Source: Opitutia bacterium (GTDB lineage Bacteria > Verrucomicrobiota > Verrucomicrobiia > Opitutales > JANOBW01). Taken from it: DNA of 55,297 nucleotides. The notes beneath the pieces were generated by a model. It was given only the letters and a program-made list of their open reading frames with translations. It was not told where the DNA came from and did not search any database. The stretch spans positions 1 through 55,297 of the forward strand of contig JANOBW010000412.1 of assembly GCA_031411855.1 (NCBI GenBank), written 5' to 3'. Below are positions 29,047 through 37,586 of this stretch, piece after piece (positions within the stretch are counted from its first letter, which is position 1; each line of letters starts with the position of its first letter). Both the position numbers and the translations under genes were made by a program.

Positions 29047-30096
29047 ATGCGTTTGCGTCCCGTCCTTACCGCCGTCTCCCTGGTCATCGCGCCCCTCGCG
29101 CTGACCGCCGCCGCCCTCAACGGGGTCGCCGTCTCCAGCCACGGGGTGGACACCGGAAACGCCGTCGAGGTGCGCCTGCCCAAGGCGGTCGAAGGCCGCT
29201 TTGTCAAACTCACGGCCAAAACCGCCGCCAACGGGAAAAGCGAGTGGTGCTCCGCCGCCGAGATCCGTGTGCTCGACGGCAACGGCAAGGAGATCGCCCC
29301 GGGGGAGTGCAAGATCTCCGGCTTCAGTTCGCAGGGCGACGCCACCGAGGCCGCCGCCAACGCCCTCGACAACAACCCCGACACCATCTGGCACACCCAG
29401 TGGCAGGGCGCGGCCCCCAAACCACCCCACTTCCTTGTCATTGATGTCGGCTCGGTCCGCGCCATCGGCGGCATCCGCGTCCGCCCCCGCAAGGACGGCG
29501 ACAACGGCAACATCGGCCAATACGAGCTGGGCATCTCCGCCAATGACAAGGACTTCGGCCAGCCTGTCGCGGCCGGAAAACTCTTCGGTGGCGCCGGACC
29601 CGCCCCGGCCTTCGTCAAGAAACTCTACGCCTCCTCCGAACAGGTCCACGGACCCATCGCCATCCATGTGGACGCCCAGGGCCGCGTCTGGATCGCCGAG
29701 ACCTACCGCTACGAGTCCCAGGGTATCATCCAGGCCCGCGACAAGGCCCGCCTGGAGCTCGACGAGCTCCGCCTCGTCACCGTGGACGACCACCGCCGCA
29801 TGGTGGATGTCTGGAAAAAGGAGGGCGAATACGACCCCTTTATCAAACAGAAGCGGGTGGACTGGAAGGACGTGGACGACTTCCTGACCCGTTTCTCGGA
29901 AAAGATTGCCTATCTGAAGGATACGAACGGCGACGGCATCGCGGACGAGCGCGTCGAATTTGTCGGCGACGGCATCAACGACCCGGTGGACGGCCCCATG
30001 GCCGGCGTCTTCACCCTCGGAAACAAAGTTTACGCCACCTGCATTCCCGATCTTCTCCTCATCGAGGACACCAATGGCGTCGGCGTGGCCTCCTAG
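29047..30096 (+). CDS. N-terminal part of PVC-type heme/HEAT dehydrogenase-like protein (signal peptide, F5/8 discoidin domain, start of beta-propeller); ends at an in-frame TAG
   Basis: ANALDNNPDTIWHTQW...PHFLVID discoidin; GRVWIAETYR and DTNGDGIAD propeller motifs. Same frame as 30157-32985. Confidence 0.8.
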   Translation: MRLRPVLTAVSLVIAPLALTAAALNGVAVSSHGVDTGNAVEVRLPKAVEGRFVKLTAKTAANGKSEWCSAAEIRVLDGNGKEIAPGECKISGFSSQGDATEAAANALDNNPDTIWHTQWQGAAPKPPHFLVIDVGSVRAIGGIRVRPRKDGDNGNIGQYELGISANDKDFGQPVAAGKLFGGAGPAPAFVKKLYASSEQVHGPIAIHVDAQGRVWIAETYRYESQGIIQARDKARLELDELRLVTVDDHRRMVDVWKKEGEYDPFIKQKRVDWKDVDDFLTRFSEKIAYLKDTNGDGIADERVEFVGDGINDPVDGPMAGVFTLGNKVYATCIPDLLLIEDTNGVGVAS

Positions 30097-30156
30097 TCGG
30101 AACGCAAGAAACTCCTCACCGGTTTCGGCCCCAACCACAACTTCTACGGCCATGAC

Positions 30157-32985
30157 ATGCACGGCCTCATCCAAGGCCCCGACGGGCGCATCTACTGGAC
30201 CATCGGCGACCGCTCCTATTATGTGAAAACCGAGGGCAAAACCTTCGCCGGAGAAGGCAAAGGAGCGACCTTCCGCTGCTGGCCCGACGGCACCGGTTTC
30301 GAGGTTTTCCACACCGGCCTGCGCAACCCGCAGGAACTGGCCTTCAACGACTTCGGCGATCTCTTCACCGGCGACAACAATTGCGACGCCGGCGACAAGG
30401 CCCGCCTCGTCCAGGTCGTCGAGGGCGGCCGCACCGGTTGGGACATGAACGTCCAGTCCCTCAAATCCCGCGGCCCCTGGCTGCGCGAAAAGATGTGGGA
30501 AACCCGGGGCGACAAAAATGACCCGGCCCAGCCCGCCTACATCCTCCCGCCCCTCGCCCACCTCGGTTACGGCCCCTCCGGGATCATGCACAACCCCGGC
30601 ACCGGCATGCCCGAGGCCTACGCCGACTGCTTCCTCATGGCGAACTACCCGGGCGAAATCCTGGCCTTCAACGCCGTCCCGGAAGGCTCCACTTACAAAC
30701 TGGCCAACAACCGCCGCTTCCTCGGCGCGATCAACCCGAGCGATGTCACCATGGGTTATGACGGCCGCATCTACGTGGCCCACTGGGGTTCCAACTGGCC
30801 CATCAACAAGGACCCCGCGATCTACACCCTCAGCTTCGAGGACGAGCTGGCCAAACCCGAGACGAAGGAAGTGCAAACACTTTTCCGCGAGGGGTTTGCG
30901 AAACTGCCTGTGGCGAAACTCGCCGAACTGCTCGGGCATAAAGACCAGCGTGTGCGCCAGGAGGCCCACCTGACCCTGGCTGAACTGGCCAGCCAAACCT
31001 CTGGTATTGGGCATGTTGCCAAAGGCGGAGGAATATCCGAAAGCATTTCAGGCCAGTCCGAAAACTTGGATGCTCTTGAGATAATTGGGGTGATTGCCAG
31101 AGACGGCACAAAGCCACTCCTCGCTCGCATTCATGCCATCTGGGCCGCCACCTATGCCGCCCGGAAGTCGCCAGTCGCGATGATCCCTGTGATGGCCCTA
31201 CTGAAGGACCCTGACGCCGAGATCCGCTCCCAGGCCGCCCGCGCCCTCGGCGACCCCGCCACGCCTTCCGCGCTCGATGCGCTTCTTGTTGTGGCCAAGG
31301 ATGATACTTCGCCCCGCGTCCGTTTCAGCGCCTGCGAAACCCTCGGCAAGATCGGTGATGCCAAGGCCATCCCCACCCTCCTCGAAGTGCTCCGTGAAAA
31401 CGACGACGAGGACGCCTACCTGCGGTTCGCCGCCGCCCACGGCCTGGCTCTCCTGAACAAACCCGACGCCCTTCTCGCCGCTGTCTCCGCCTCCTCGCCC
31501 CGAGCCGAGCGCCTCGGAGTCGTCTTCGCCCTCCGCGAGCTCAAGAACCCCGGTGTCGTCCGTTTCATCACCGACCCCGACGCCGTCGTCGCCGCCGAGG
31601 CTATCCGCGCCATCTACGACAACCGCGACACCGCCAACTTCCCCGCCCTGGCCGCCCTCCTCGATGGGCAAATCCCTGACAAACAACGGGTTGACGGCGT
31701 GCTCCGCCGTGTTCTCGCCGCCGCCTACCGCCTCGGGGGCGAGGCCAACGCCAAGCGCCTCCTGAAGTTTGCCTCCGACCAGGCCATGCCCGAGGCCCTC
31801 CGTCTCAACTCCCTTGACCTCCTCGAATCCTGGGACCTTCCGAACGAGGCCTGGCGCAACGACGACAACACCAAGCGCCTCGCCCAGGCCCAGTCCAAGG
31901 GCATCAACGAGCTTGAAAAGGAATCCCAGCCCACCCCGCGCGAACCCGTCTGGGGCTGGTGGTGGCCCACGCCCGCCCGCACCCCGGGCGACGGCCTGAA
32001 GGTCCTCCGCTCCGGCGCCAACGCCGCCGCCCAGGCCGCCGCCGGCAAGGTGAAGGAAAAACTCCTCGCCCTCGACAACCGCTTCGGCGGACCCAAGACC
32101 GGCCCCGCCCTTCTCAAGCTTCTGGCCGACGAAGCCCAGCCCGCCTCCTACCGCGCCGAACTTCTCGGCTCGGTGGACACCGCCAAAAAAGCCGAGGCTG
32201 TAGCCGCCGCCCAGGCGGGCCTCGCCGCGAAGGACTCCGCCGTCCGCGCCGCCGCCCGCGACCTCCTGGTCCGGGCCGACACCGCCGCGGGTTTGCCCGA
32301 GCTGAACAAGGCCCTGACCTCCAGCGACATCGCCGAAGCCCAGGCCGCCGTCGCCTCCCTCGGCAAACTCTCCGACCCTGCCGCCGTCAAGCTCCTCTCC
32401 TCCCTCTTCGCCAACATCGCCGACGGCAAACTTCCCGAGCACCTCCGCGTGGACGCGTTCCTCGCCGCCAAGGGCTCACCCGACGCCACGCTGAAGGCCG
32501 CCGCCGAGGCCCTGGACGCCGCCCTCCAAGCCAAGACACCCGAGGAACGTTTCGCGATGTCCCTCAATGGCGGCTCCCCGGAGCGCGGCCGCAAGGTCTT
32601 CCTCGAACACATCGGGGCCCAGTGCCAGCGCTGCCACAAGATCGGCTCCGAAGGCGCCTCGGAAGCAGGTCCGAACCTCGCCGGCATCGCCTTAAAGTTC
32701 GACCGCAAGTTCCTCCTCCAAAGTGTCGTCAACCCCGGCGCCTACGTCGAAAAGGGCTTCGGCACCGTGGTCGTCACCCTCAAGGACGGTGCCACGGTGG
32801 GCGGCACGTTGAAGGACGAGACGGCCGACTCCATCGTGATTGATACGGGCGCGGAAAAGAAAACCCTCCGCAAGTCCGACATCGCCAGCCAGACCACCCC
32901 GCTCAGCGGCATGCCCCCCATGGCCTACATCCTCAACCACGCCGAGGTCCGCGATGTCGTGGCCTACCTCGCGACGCTGAAGTGA
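30157..32985 (+). CDS. C-terminal part of PVC-type membrane-bound dehydrogenase-like protein: propeller, HEAT repeats, c-type heme domain
   Basis: HGLIQGPDGRIYWTIGD and GLRNPQELAFNDFGDLFTGDNNCD; HEAT repeats; G.PERGRKVF...CQRCH...GPNL...SGMP heme c domain. Confidence 0.85.
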   Translation: MHGLIQGPDGRIYWTIGDRSYYVKTEGKTFAGEGKGATFRCWPDGTGFEVFHTGLRNPQELAFNDFGDLFTGDNNCDAGDKARLVQVVEGGRTGWDMNVQSLKSRGPWLREKMWETRGDKNDPAQPAYILPPLAHLGYGPSGIMHNPGTGMPEAYADCFLMANYPGEILAFNAVPEGSTYKLANNRRFLGAINPSDVTMGYDGRIYVAHWGSNWPINKDPAIYTLSFEDELAKPETKEVQTLFREGFAKLPVAKLAELLGHKDQRVRQEAHLTLAELASQTSGIGHVAKGGGISESISGQSENLDALEIIGVIARDGTKPLLARIHAIWAATYAARKSPVAMIPVMALLKDPDAEIRSQAARALGDPATPSALDALLVVAKDDTSPRVRFSACETLGKIGDAKAIPTLLEVLRENDDEDAYLRFAAAHGLALLNKPDALLAAVSASSPRAERLGVVFALRELKNPGVVRFITDPDAVVAAEAIRAIYDNRDTANFPALAALLDGQIPDKQRVDGVLRRVLAAAYRLGGEANAKRLLKFASDQAMPEALRLNSLDLLESWDLPNEAWRNDDNTKRLAQAQSKGINELEKESQPTPREPVWGWWWPTPARTPGDGLKVLRSGANAAAQAAAGKVKEKLLALDNRFGGPKTGPALLKLLADEAQPASYRAELLGSVDTAKKAEAVAAAQAGLAAKDSAVRAAARDLLVRADTAAGLPELNKALTSSDIAEAQAAVASLGKLSDPAAVKLLSSLFANIADGKLPEHLRVDAFLAAKGSPDATLKAAAEALDAALQAKTPEERFAMSLNGGSPERGRKVFLEHIGAQCQRCHKIGSEGASEAGPNLAGIALKFDRKFLLQSVVNPGAYVEKGFGTVVVTLKDGATVGGTLKDETADSIVIDTGAEKKTLRKSDIASQTTPLSGMPPMAYILNHAEVRDVVAYLATLK

Positions 32986-32992
32986 AAGTGGT

Positions 32993-33011
32993 CCGCACGG
33001 ACTCCGTGCGG
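32993..33011. terminator. Short GC hairpin after stop codon
   Basis: CCGCACGG-ACT-CCGTGCGG perfect 8-bp stem 7 nt after TGA; no U-tract. Confidence 0.35.
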
Positions 33012-33123
33012 GCAACGGTCCGGCGGATCTTTTCCTGACCGGGGAAGGTGTGTTTCCCACCCGCCCTTCCCGTCAAATCCCTTGCGCTCCATGCGCTTCT
33101 GCCGACAGCCTCGTCATTTCCCC

Positions 33124-33816
33124 ATGCGCCTCCTCACCCTTGCCCTCCTGATCGGTCTCACCTCCGGCTGCGCCACCACGCCGCCAGCCCCCAACACCCT
33201 CACCGGCGCCGAAAAGTCCGCCGGCTGGAAACTGCTCTTTGACGGCTCCACCGTCTCCGGCTGGGAACTTTACAAAAAGCACACCCCGTCCAAAGGCTGG
33301 TCTGTGACCGACGGCGTTCTGGGCCTGGCCGCCAAGGGCGACGGCGACCTCGCCACCGTCGAGGAGTTCTCCGATTTCGAACTCGTTTATGACTGGAAGA
33401 TCTCCGAGGCCGGCAACTCCGGCGTGATGTTCCACGTCACCGAGCAGGGCAACAAACCCTACGACTCCGGCATGGAGATGCAGATCATTGACAATGAGCG
33501 CCATCCCGACGGCAAACTCCGCTCCCACCGCGCCGGGGCCGCCTACGACCTGGTGGACGCCCCCGACAACGTGGTCAAACCCGTCGGCGAATGGAACACC
33601 GCCCGCCTTGTGGCCAGGGGTCCCAAGATCGAGATGTGGCTCAACGGCGTGCAGACCGCCAGCCTCGACCTTTCCTCGTCCGAATGGGCCAAACAGCTGG
33701 CGGCGAGCAAGTTCAAGACCTGGCCCTACTTCGCCAAGTCACCCAAAGGGCGCATTGTCCTGCAGGATCATGGCGACGCCGTCTGGTTCAAAAACATCAA
33801 GGTCCGCCCCCTCTGA
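33124..33816 (+). CDS. DUF1080 / 3-keto-disaccharide hydrolase family lipoprotein
   Basis: Lipobox LTSGC; GWKLLFDG, FSDFEL, GNSGV, EMQIID, GEWN and LQDHGDAVWFKNIK motifs. Confidence 0.92.
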   Translation: MRLLTLALLIGLTSGCATTPPAPNTLTGAEKSAGWKLLFDGSTVSGWELYKKHTPSKGWSVTDGVLGLAAKGDGDLATVEEFSDFELVYDWKISEAGNSGVMFHVTEQGNKPYDSGMEMQIIDNERHPDGKLRSHRAGAAYDLVDAPDNVVKPVGEWNTARLVARGPKIEMWLNGVQTASLDLSSSEWAKQLAASKFKTWPYFAKSPKGRIVLQDHGDAVWFKNIKVRPL

Positions 33817-33915
33817 TTTCACCCGCACAACTCCGGACGGCCCTGCGCGCTTGACTCCCCGGGCGGCCGCCCGGTTTGCTGTCCGTTTCTCCCACACCCA
33901 ACACCCACACACACC

Positions 33916-34224
33916 ATGGCCGGATTAGGCAAAGTCCTCAAAGAGGCGCAAAAAATGCAGAAGAAAATGGCGAGCATTCAGGAGGAGCTGGCCAAAAAAG
34001 TCATTGAAGTTTCCGCCGGCGGCGGGGCCATCAAAGTCACCATCACCGGCCAGCAGGAGTTTGTCGGCCTGACCCTCGATCCCGAGTTTCTCAAGGAGGA
34101 CGCCGCCGTCGTCCAGGAAACCATCCTTTCCGCCGTCAAGGAGGCCTCCTCCAAGGCCAAGGCCCTCAACGAGGCCGAAATGTCCAAGGCCGCCGGCGGG
34201 TTCTCCCTGCCCGGCATGTTTTAA
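33916..34224 (+). CDS. ybaB: YbaB/EbfC nucleoid-associated protein
   Basis: KEAQKMQKKM...EVSAGGGAIKVTITG...; directly upstream of recR. Confidence 0.93.
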   Translation: MAGLGKVLKEAQKMQKKMASIQEELAKKVIEVSAGGGAIKVTITGQQEFVGLTLDPEFLKEDAAVVQETILSAVKEASSKAKALNEAEMSKAAGGFSLPGMF

Positions 34225-34245
34225 CCGCGGGACACCTGCCGCCGC

Positions 34246-34842
34246 ATGACTCCCTCGTTTGAGCGGCTCCAGCAGGTGCTGAAAAAACTCCCCGGCCTGG
34301 GCTGGCGCTCCGCCGAACGCGTGGCCCTGCACCTCCTCGTCGAACGGCCCGCCGCCCTGCCGGAACTTCTGGCCGCGCTGCGGGAGGCCGCCGAACGCGT
34401 CGGGGCCTGCCGCGAATGCGGCCACCTGGCCGAGGGCGACACCTGCCAGATCTGCGCCAACCCCCGCCGCGACCCGTCCGTGCTCTGTGTGGTGGAACGT
34501 GTCCCCGATCTCATCGCCCTGGAGAAATCCGGCGCGCACGGCGGCCGCTATCACGTCCTCCAGGGAAAACTCTCCCCGCTCAAAGGGGTTGGCCCGGAGC
34601 ACCTTACGCTGACCAAGCTCTCCGCCCGCCTCGACGCCGGCGGCATCCGCGAGCTCATCCTCGCGCTCGGCAACGACATCGAGGGGGAAGCCACCTGCCA
34701 CTACATCCAGGAACGCGTCGCGGCCGGACGCGGTGTGAAGGTCACCCGCATCGGTTTCGGCCTGCCCAGCGGCGGCGACCTCGTCTACGCCGACGCCACC
34801 ACGCTCCGCAGCGCCCTCGAAGGCCGGAAAAACTACGAGTGA
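34246..34842 (+). CDS. recR: Recombination mediator RecR
   Basis: LPGLG.RSAER HhH; C4 zinc finger CRECGH...CQIC; Toprim YHVL.G.LSP, EGEAT; VTRIGFGLPSGGDL.YAD. Confidence 0.96.
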   Translation: MTPSFERLQQVLKKLPGLGWRSAERVALHLLVERPAALPELLAALREAAERVGACRECGHLAEGDTCQICANPRRDPSVLCVVERVPDLIALEKSGAHGGRYHVLQGKLSPLKGVGPEHLTLTKLSARLDAGGIRELILALGNDIEGEATCHYIQERVAAGRGVKVTRIGFGLPSGGDLVYADATTLRSALEGRKNYE

Positions 34843-34936
34843 GGGCGGGGACGTTGCGCACAGGAACGCGGCAGGCGGTTTCTTGCAATCCCACTTCACC
34901 TTTGAATCCGCCCCGAAACGTTTGTGATCTCCGGGC

Positions 34937-35779
34937 ATGACCCTCAGCACGACCGAGCGGCCCGGCTTCCGCTCTCCGCGGCCACAGGGCTGGCCCCAAG
35001 GCCGGAAGCTTATTGTTATAACTGTCATGGGTTTGCTCGGCGCAGGACTGGCCAGCCTGTGGTGGTGGATATCTCCCCTCGAATACCGCGCGGAGGTGAT
35101 GATGGAGATCCTCGCCCCCCGTCCTGAGGCAAAAACCACCGCCCCCGGCGAGGCCGAACCCAAACACTGGTCCGCCGATCGGTTCAACAAACTTTTTGTC
35201 CTGACCCGTGGCACCGTGAGCACCCGGGTGGGCCAGCGGTTGACCCCTGCGCAAAAGATCAGACTCATCCATCCTTACCGATCCGAATTTTCCCCACTCG
35301 GGCCCGAAAACGAATCGGAACTACGGTATGACCTGCTGGACTCCCACCTTGATCTCACCCTCCTGCCCGGCCTCTCGGTCATCAAGATCAGCTACCGCCA
35401 CGCAGACCAAAACCTGGCCGAAGCAGTAGCGAGGCTGTTTGCCGAGGAGTATATCCAAGCCTACATTGATCTTTCGACCGAACAAGCCCGCCGGGCTATC
35501 GAGCAACTCAAGATCGACGCAAATGGCCCCGAAAAAGCCGCATATCAAAAACGCATCCAGGACTTAATGAACCTGATCCAAACCACCCTGGAGCCAGCAC
35601 GGATCATTGAATCCACTCCGGCAAAATCCCTCGGCTGGGAAACCTTCCTTTTCAAACTGAGTATCGGCGGGACGGCCGGACTCGTTGGCGGAGTGTTTAT
35701 CGGGCTCGTGGCCGGAGCGGGATCTCGCGGCCATCCCCGCTTACGCAGGAGCCTCCCTCGCTCCCGCCAACAACCGTGA
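34937..35779 (+). CDS. Wzz/GumC-like two-TM membrane protein (compact chain-length-regulator-like)
   Basis: N-terminal TM then SPLEYRAEVMMEI; SVIKISYRHADQNLAEAVARLFAEEY; short coil; ARIIE...C-terminal Gly-rich TM. Confidence 0.6.
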   Translation: MTLSTTERPGFRSPRPQGWPQGRKLIVITVMGLLGAGLASLWWWISPLEYRAEVMMEILAPRPEAKTTAPGEAEPKHWSADRFNKLFVLTRGTVSTRVGQRLTPAQKIRLIHPYRSEFSPLGPENESELRYDLLDSHLDLTLLPGLSVIKISYRHADQNLAEAVARLFAEEYIQAYIDLSTEQARRAIEQLKIDANGPEKAAYQKRIQDLMNLIQTTLEPARIIESTPAKSLGWETFLFKLSIGGTAGLVGGVFIGLVAGAGSRGHPRLRRSLPRSRQQP

Positions 35780-35827
35780 GCTGGAGTGTGACCGTTTCAT
35801 TTCAAAAACTTACCACCCCCGGCCATC

Positions 35828-36685
35828 TCACTCCGTCGTCGGACAGCAGGTCTCCACCTCACTGATCAGCGCCTGGAGAGCGATGCCGGTGCGTTCGCCC
35901 AGTTTGAGCCAGCCTTCCGGGGTCAGCTCCACCGAGCCCGGACCACGCGGCAAGTCGTTCGTTTCCAAACACTTCGTCATCGGATGCGCGCCGGCCAGCT
36001 CAGCCTGCATGTCCCGGACGCGATTCCAGCGCCGGCTGCGGGCCTCGTCCCATTCCGGAAGGGCCTCGGGCAGGCGGGTCCAGACGATGGGAACTCGTTT
36101 GCCCAATTCGGCCCGCCAGTCGGTCAACGCCAGGGCGAAGTTGCCGCCGAAGTCCTGCGAGTTTTTCTCCTCCGCCGTTTCAGCCGAACCGTTGAGCAAC
36201 ACGAGCCCGGCCCAGTGGATATCCGCCCCGGGATGGGCCGCGCGGACACTGGCCTCGGCGGAGCGAACCTCGGTCATGAGCGCGGCCCGCGACTTTCCAT
36301 CCTGCGCTGCTCCCGCCTCACCGTCAGCCACCCACTCGCCATCACAGCGCGGCGCGACAAGGCCCTCAACCAAGACCACCACATCGCGGCCAGGCCGGAC
36401 CCAAGGCTCGCCCAAAGTCGTCCCCAGGCTCATCCCCACGGTCGCCCGGGCCGGGGAAGCCACGGAAGACACCGTCCAACGGGTCGCGCCTCCTGAAACC
36501 GTGGGAAGGCAACGCTCGACACCGCCCGGCACGGCGGGAAATCCCTTCGGCAACGGCCAGGAAAGCCCCGGCTGCGGCGCGACCACCGCGATCATACGGA
36601 CCTTCAACGTGTCCGCCGCCAACCCGCCCGCCAGGCAGGCACCCGACAGCATCACGCCAAGACGCAGGATCACGTTAAAATTCAT
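35828..36685 (-). CDS. Secreted protein with degenerate SASA/SGNH (sialate O-acetylesterase-like) fold
   Basis: Signal peptide; spacing resembles SASA (GLVLLNGSAET; DWRAELG.RVPIVWTRLP; VRDMQ; ETNDLP...TPEGWLKLGER) but catalytic motifs are not recognisable. Confidence 0.5.
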   Translation of the reverse strand: MNFNVILRLGVMLSGACLAGGLAADTLKVRMIAVVAPQPGLSWPLPKGFPAVPGGVERCLPTVSGGATRWTVSSVASPARATVGMSLGTTLGEPWVRPGRDVVVLVEGLVAPRCDGEWVADGEAGAAQDGKSRAALMTEVRSAEASVRAAHPGADIHWAGLVLLNGSAETAEEKNSQDFGGNFALALTDWRAELGKRVPIVWTRLPEALPEWDEARSRRWNRVRDMQAELAGAHPMTKCLETNDLPRGPGSVELTPEGWLKLGERTGIALQALISEVETCCPTTE

Positions 36686-36745
36686 GTGTTTCTTAAACCC
36701 AGCCAATCACCCGCAGCCAAGGCCAATGCGGCTTCAACCGATGGT

Positions 36746-36781
36746 TTGACACCGGAATCAAGGTGCTACATAAAAGTGCTA
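36746..36781 (+). promoter_or_regulatory. Putative sigma70 promoter/operator of TA operon
   Basis: TTGACA-N17-CATAAA with direct repeats GTGCTA (36763, 36776) flanking the -10; ATG at 36784 implies a nearly leaderless mRNA. Confidence 0.45.
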
Positions 36782-36783
36782 TC

Positions 36784-37035
36784 ATGAAAACCGCCACCGT
36801 CAGGGATCTCCGCAACCATTACACCAGTCTTCTGGGCTGGATCAGCGCGGGCGAGGAGGTCGTCATCACCCAGCGTGGCAAAACCATCGCCCGACTCGTC
36901 CCTGAAAAACCCGGGCTCACCGCCAAGGTGAACTGGGCCGACTCTCCCGAGGTGAGACGGGATCGCAGCCTTGAGCACACCTTGACGGCGGAAGAGTCCG
37001 CCAAACTCATCACGGAGGCAGGTGGCCAATGGTGA
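36784..37035 (+). CDS. Phd/YefM-family antitoxin
   Basis: MKTATVRDLRNH...GEEVVITQRGKTIARLVP; overlaps the toxin start. Confidence 0.92.
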   Translation: MKTATVRDLRNHYTSLLGWISAGEEVVITQRGKTIARLVPEKPGLTAKVNWADSPEVRRDRSLEHTLTAEESAKLITEAGGQW

Positions 37036-37463
37036 TCTCCTGCGACACCAGTTTCCTCTTCGCGCTTTACGGCAACGACGCGCACAGCCCCCGCGCAGTC
37101 GCCTGGGTTTCAAAGCGGAACAAACCATTGACGATCAGCCCCTTCAATATTTTTGAATTGGCCAATGCGCTGCGTTTTGCGGAATTCCGCAAGATTCTCC
37201 CACCGGGCTCGGCCGCCCGGAATCTCGCCCAGTTTGAGGCCGCGCTTGCCCAGGAAAGACTTGTCGTCGCCACCTGCAATCTGGCCGTCGCCCTGGAGGA
37301 GGCCAGACGACTTTCCGCCACCCACACACTGGCCCACGGTCATAGAAGCTTTGACATTCTCCAGGTGGCGGCCGCGCTGACCATGGGCGCGAAAATCTTC
37401 CTAACCTTCGACGGAAACCAGAAGAAGCTCGCCCAGGCAGAAGGTCTGCAAACCCCGCTCTGA
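37029..37463 (+). CDS. vapC: VapC PIN-domain toxin
   Basis: Acidic PIN tetrad: CDTSFL, FELANAL, RSFDILQVA, LTFD. Confidence 0.9.
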   Translation: MVISCDTSFLFALYGNDAHSPRAVAWVSKRNKPLTISPFNIFELANALRFAEFRKILPPGSAARNLAQFEAALAQERLVVATCNLAVALEEARRLSATHTLAHGHRSFDILQVAAALTMGAKIFLTFDGNQKKLAQAEGLQTPL

Positions 37464-37586
37464 CCCTCTTTGTTCACCCGGACGTGATTTAACCCGAAAC
37501 GTCACCCGCTCTCCGCAAAATTTGCGTTTATCGGCAAAAAACAACGGCTCCTTTTATCCTCCCTCCCCTCTCATTCATCCCTTCCC

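Noticed and set aside
33851-33880. TTGACT followed by the 16-bp palindrome CCGGGCGGCCGCCCGG before ybaB-recR as an SOS-like operator
   Set aside because: An all-GC palindrome is weak evidence in high-GC DNA, the -10 is poor, and I found no second copy.
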